Shown: positions 62,801 to 64,000 of the stretch, piece after piece | Layout of the letters: every line of letters begins with the position of its first letter | How positions within the stretch are numbered: the first letter of the stretch is position 1 | Source of the DNA: Callorhinchus milii | Taxonomy: Eukaryota | Length of the DNA: 64,000 nucleotides | Assembly: GCF_018977255.1 (NCBI RefSeq) | Contig: NW_024704743.1 | Location: 110,796,001-110,860,000 of the forward strand | Direction of reading: 5' to 3' | Notes under the pieces: generated by a model | The model's database searches: none | Told to the model about the DNA's origin: nothing | What the model saw: only the letters and a program-made list of their open reading frames with translations | Program-made: the position numbers and the translations under genes

Positions 62801-63245
62801 ATCCCTCCTGAATACATTATAGCCAGGAATATTCAGCTCCCGTTCCTGTCCTTGTTTGAGCCAAGTCTCTGTTACTGCTACTACATTGTATCCCCCTATG
62901 ACCACTTGAGCCTGCAGCTCACCAATCTTGTTTGCTAAACTCCGTGCATTTAGGCACATGCACTCCAAGACCGACTTGACCTGTTCTGCACTTACCCCCC
63001 GTTTTATTTCTCTATGTTCTTGCCCATTGTTTTTTGCATTCCCTTCCCCCCTCAAAACTAGTTTAAACCCTCCCCTACAGCATTACTTAGCCTGACTGCA
63101 AGGATATTTGCCCCAGCCCTGTTTAGATGTAACCCACCCATATGGTACAGGTCCCACCTGCCCCAGAACTGGTCCCAATGATCCAGAAACCTGAAGCCCC
63201 CTTTTCTGGACCATTTCTCCAACCAAACGTTCATATGCTTGATCC
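59820..63245 (-). mobile_element. Long disrupted CR1 LINE: ORF1 C-terminus (to 63058), ORF2 with APE endonuclease and RT, 3' UTR and (ATTCTATG)n tail
   Basis: ORF1 end FRFLDHWDQFWGRWDLYHMGGLHLNRAG (SGNH-like). EN motifs CLNARSL, AVTETW, GGGVAIL, GVYYR, IMGDFN, SDH. RT motifs YMDFQKSFDKVPH, GVPQGSVLGP, KFADD. In-frame stops and small deletions; catagaatcatagaat at 59822. Confidence 0.95.
61909..62236 (+). mobile_element. Young full-length SINE nested in CR1 ORF2
   Basis: Near-identical to 10427-10740; the CR1 frame (RDLAKVDWKE) is restored when it is removed. Confidence 0.93.
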
Positions 63246-63364
63246 TGCCATTATGGTGTTGTGACTAGGACTATCATAGTCCTTAAGGGTGGATACAGTC
63301 TGCTGATGTCAAATACCACTAATTTGCCAAAGTGTTTAATTCTGAGATATGCTAAATCATCATA

Positions 63365-64000
63365 ATGGTGATCTTTACACATTTTATAATTCATGACCTC
63401 ACCGTTGAGGAAAATATCGACATCCTCGCCCTCACCGAAACCTGGGTCACCTCAGGCGACACCTTCCCACTAGTTGAGGCCTCACCTCCAGGTTACACCT
63501 TTCATCAAACCCCACGGCCTAATTGCCGTGGCGGCGGTATGGCTCTCATTTCCCGGTCCCCCCTCGGCCTTTCCCCTTACTCCTCCGGAACCTTCCCCTC
63601 CTTTGAACACCTTACCCTCTACCACCCCTCTAGGCTTTCCTTCAAAATCCTCCTTGTTTACCGTCCCCCCAAGCCTTCCCCCACCTTCCTCTCGGACATC
63701 TCCACCCTCCTATCTCCCCTCTCCCTCTGCTCTGAACATCTTATTATCTTAGGTGACTTCAACCTCCACTTCACCCCCTCCTGCTCTACCTCTGCCGACT
63801 TCTTCTCCCTCCTCTCTTCCCTCAACCTCTCCCTCCTCATCCACTCCCCCACCTACATCCATGGCCACCCACTTGACCTGGGGATCACCCGAGGCCTCAC
63901 CGTCTCAGACATCACCATCGTCAATAAAGCCATCTCGGAACATCACTTCATCTCCCTCAACACTTCTGTACCCCTTCCCTCTTCAACAACCCTCCACCAT
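63365..64000 (+). mobile_element. L2 LINE ORF2 APE endonuclease region, open to the window end
   Basis: Stop-free frame of 212 codons: IDILALTETW, PPGYTF, RGGGMAL, VYRPP, IILGDFNLH, GHPLDL, ISEH. Absent from the ORF track because it runs off the edge. Confidence 0.9.

Noticed and set aside
38200..64000. Expected convergent neighbour gene (ZBTB10/ZBTB46-like) exons
   Set aside because: I found no BTB or C2H2 coding sequence on either strand by eye.

Overview
Vertebrate genomic DNA, most likely a cartilaginous fish; the SINE/CR1/L2 repertoire suggests a chimaera or shark (inference). The + strand holds the last seven coding exons of a ZNF704-like gene (ZNF395/ZNF704/SLC2A4RG family, one C2H2 finger plus a C-terminal C-clamp): 11620-11729, 12948-13183, 14247-14347, 16961-17222, 20752-20853, 30371-30471, 32392-32503. 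All have AG/GT splice sites and consistent phases; I could not find the N-terminal exons in the window. A probably long 3' UTR follows, to about 38.1 kb. The rest is intronic or intergenic and dense in retroposons: several layers of tRNA-derived SINEs with an L2-like 3' stem-loop tail, L2 and CR1 LINE fragments (including a ~3.4 kb disrupted CR1 and an L2 endonuclease ORF open to the window edge), an old unclassified repeat and low-complexity tracts. Most entries in the ORF track are repeat-derived or spurious. I found no convincing new multi-gene system. The most notable oddities are small: a 69-bp non-SINE inverted repeat bracketing one coding exon, an internally inverted SINE, covarying SINE/L2 tail hairpins, and a modular SINE lineage with a very young subfamily. 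Repeat boundaries are approximate.
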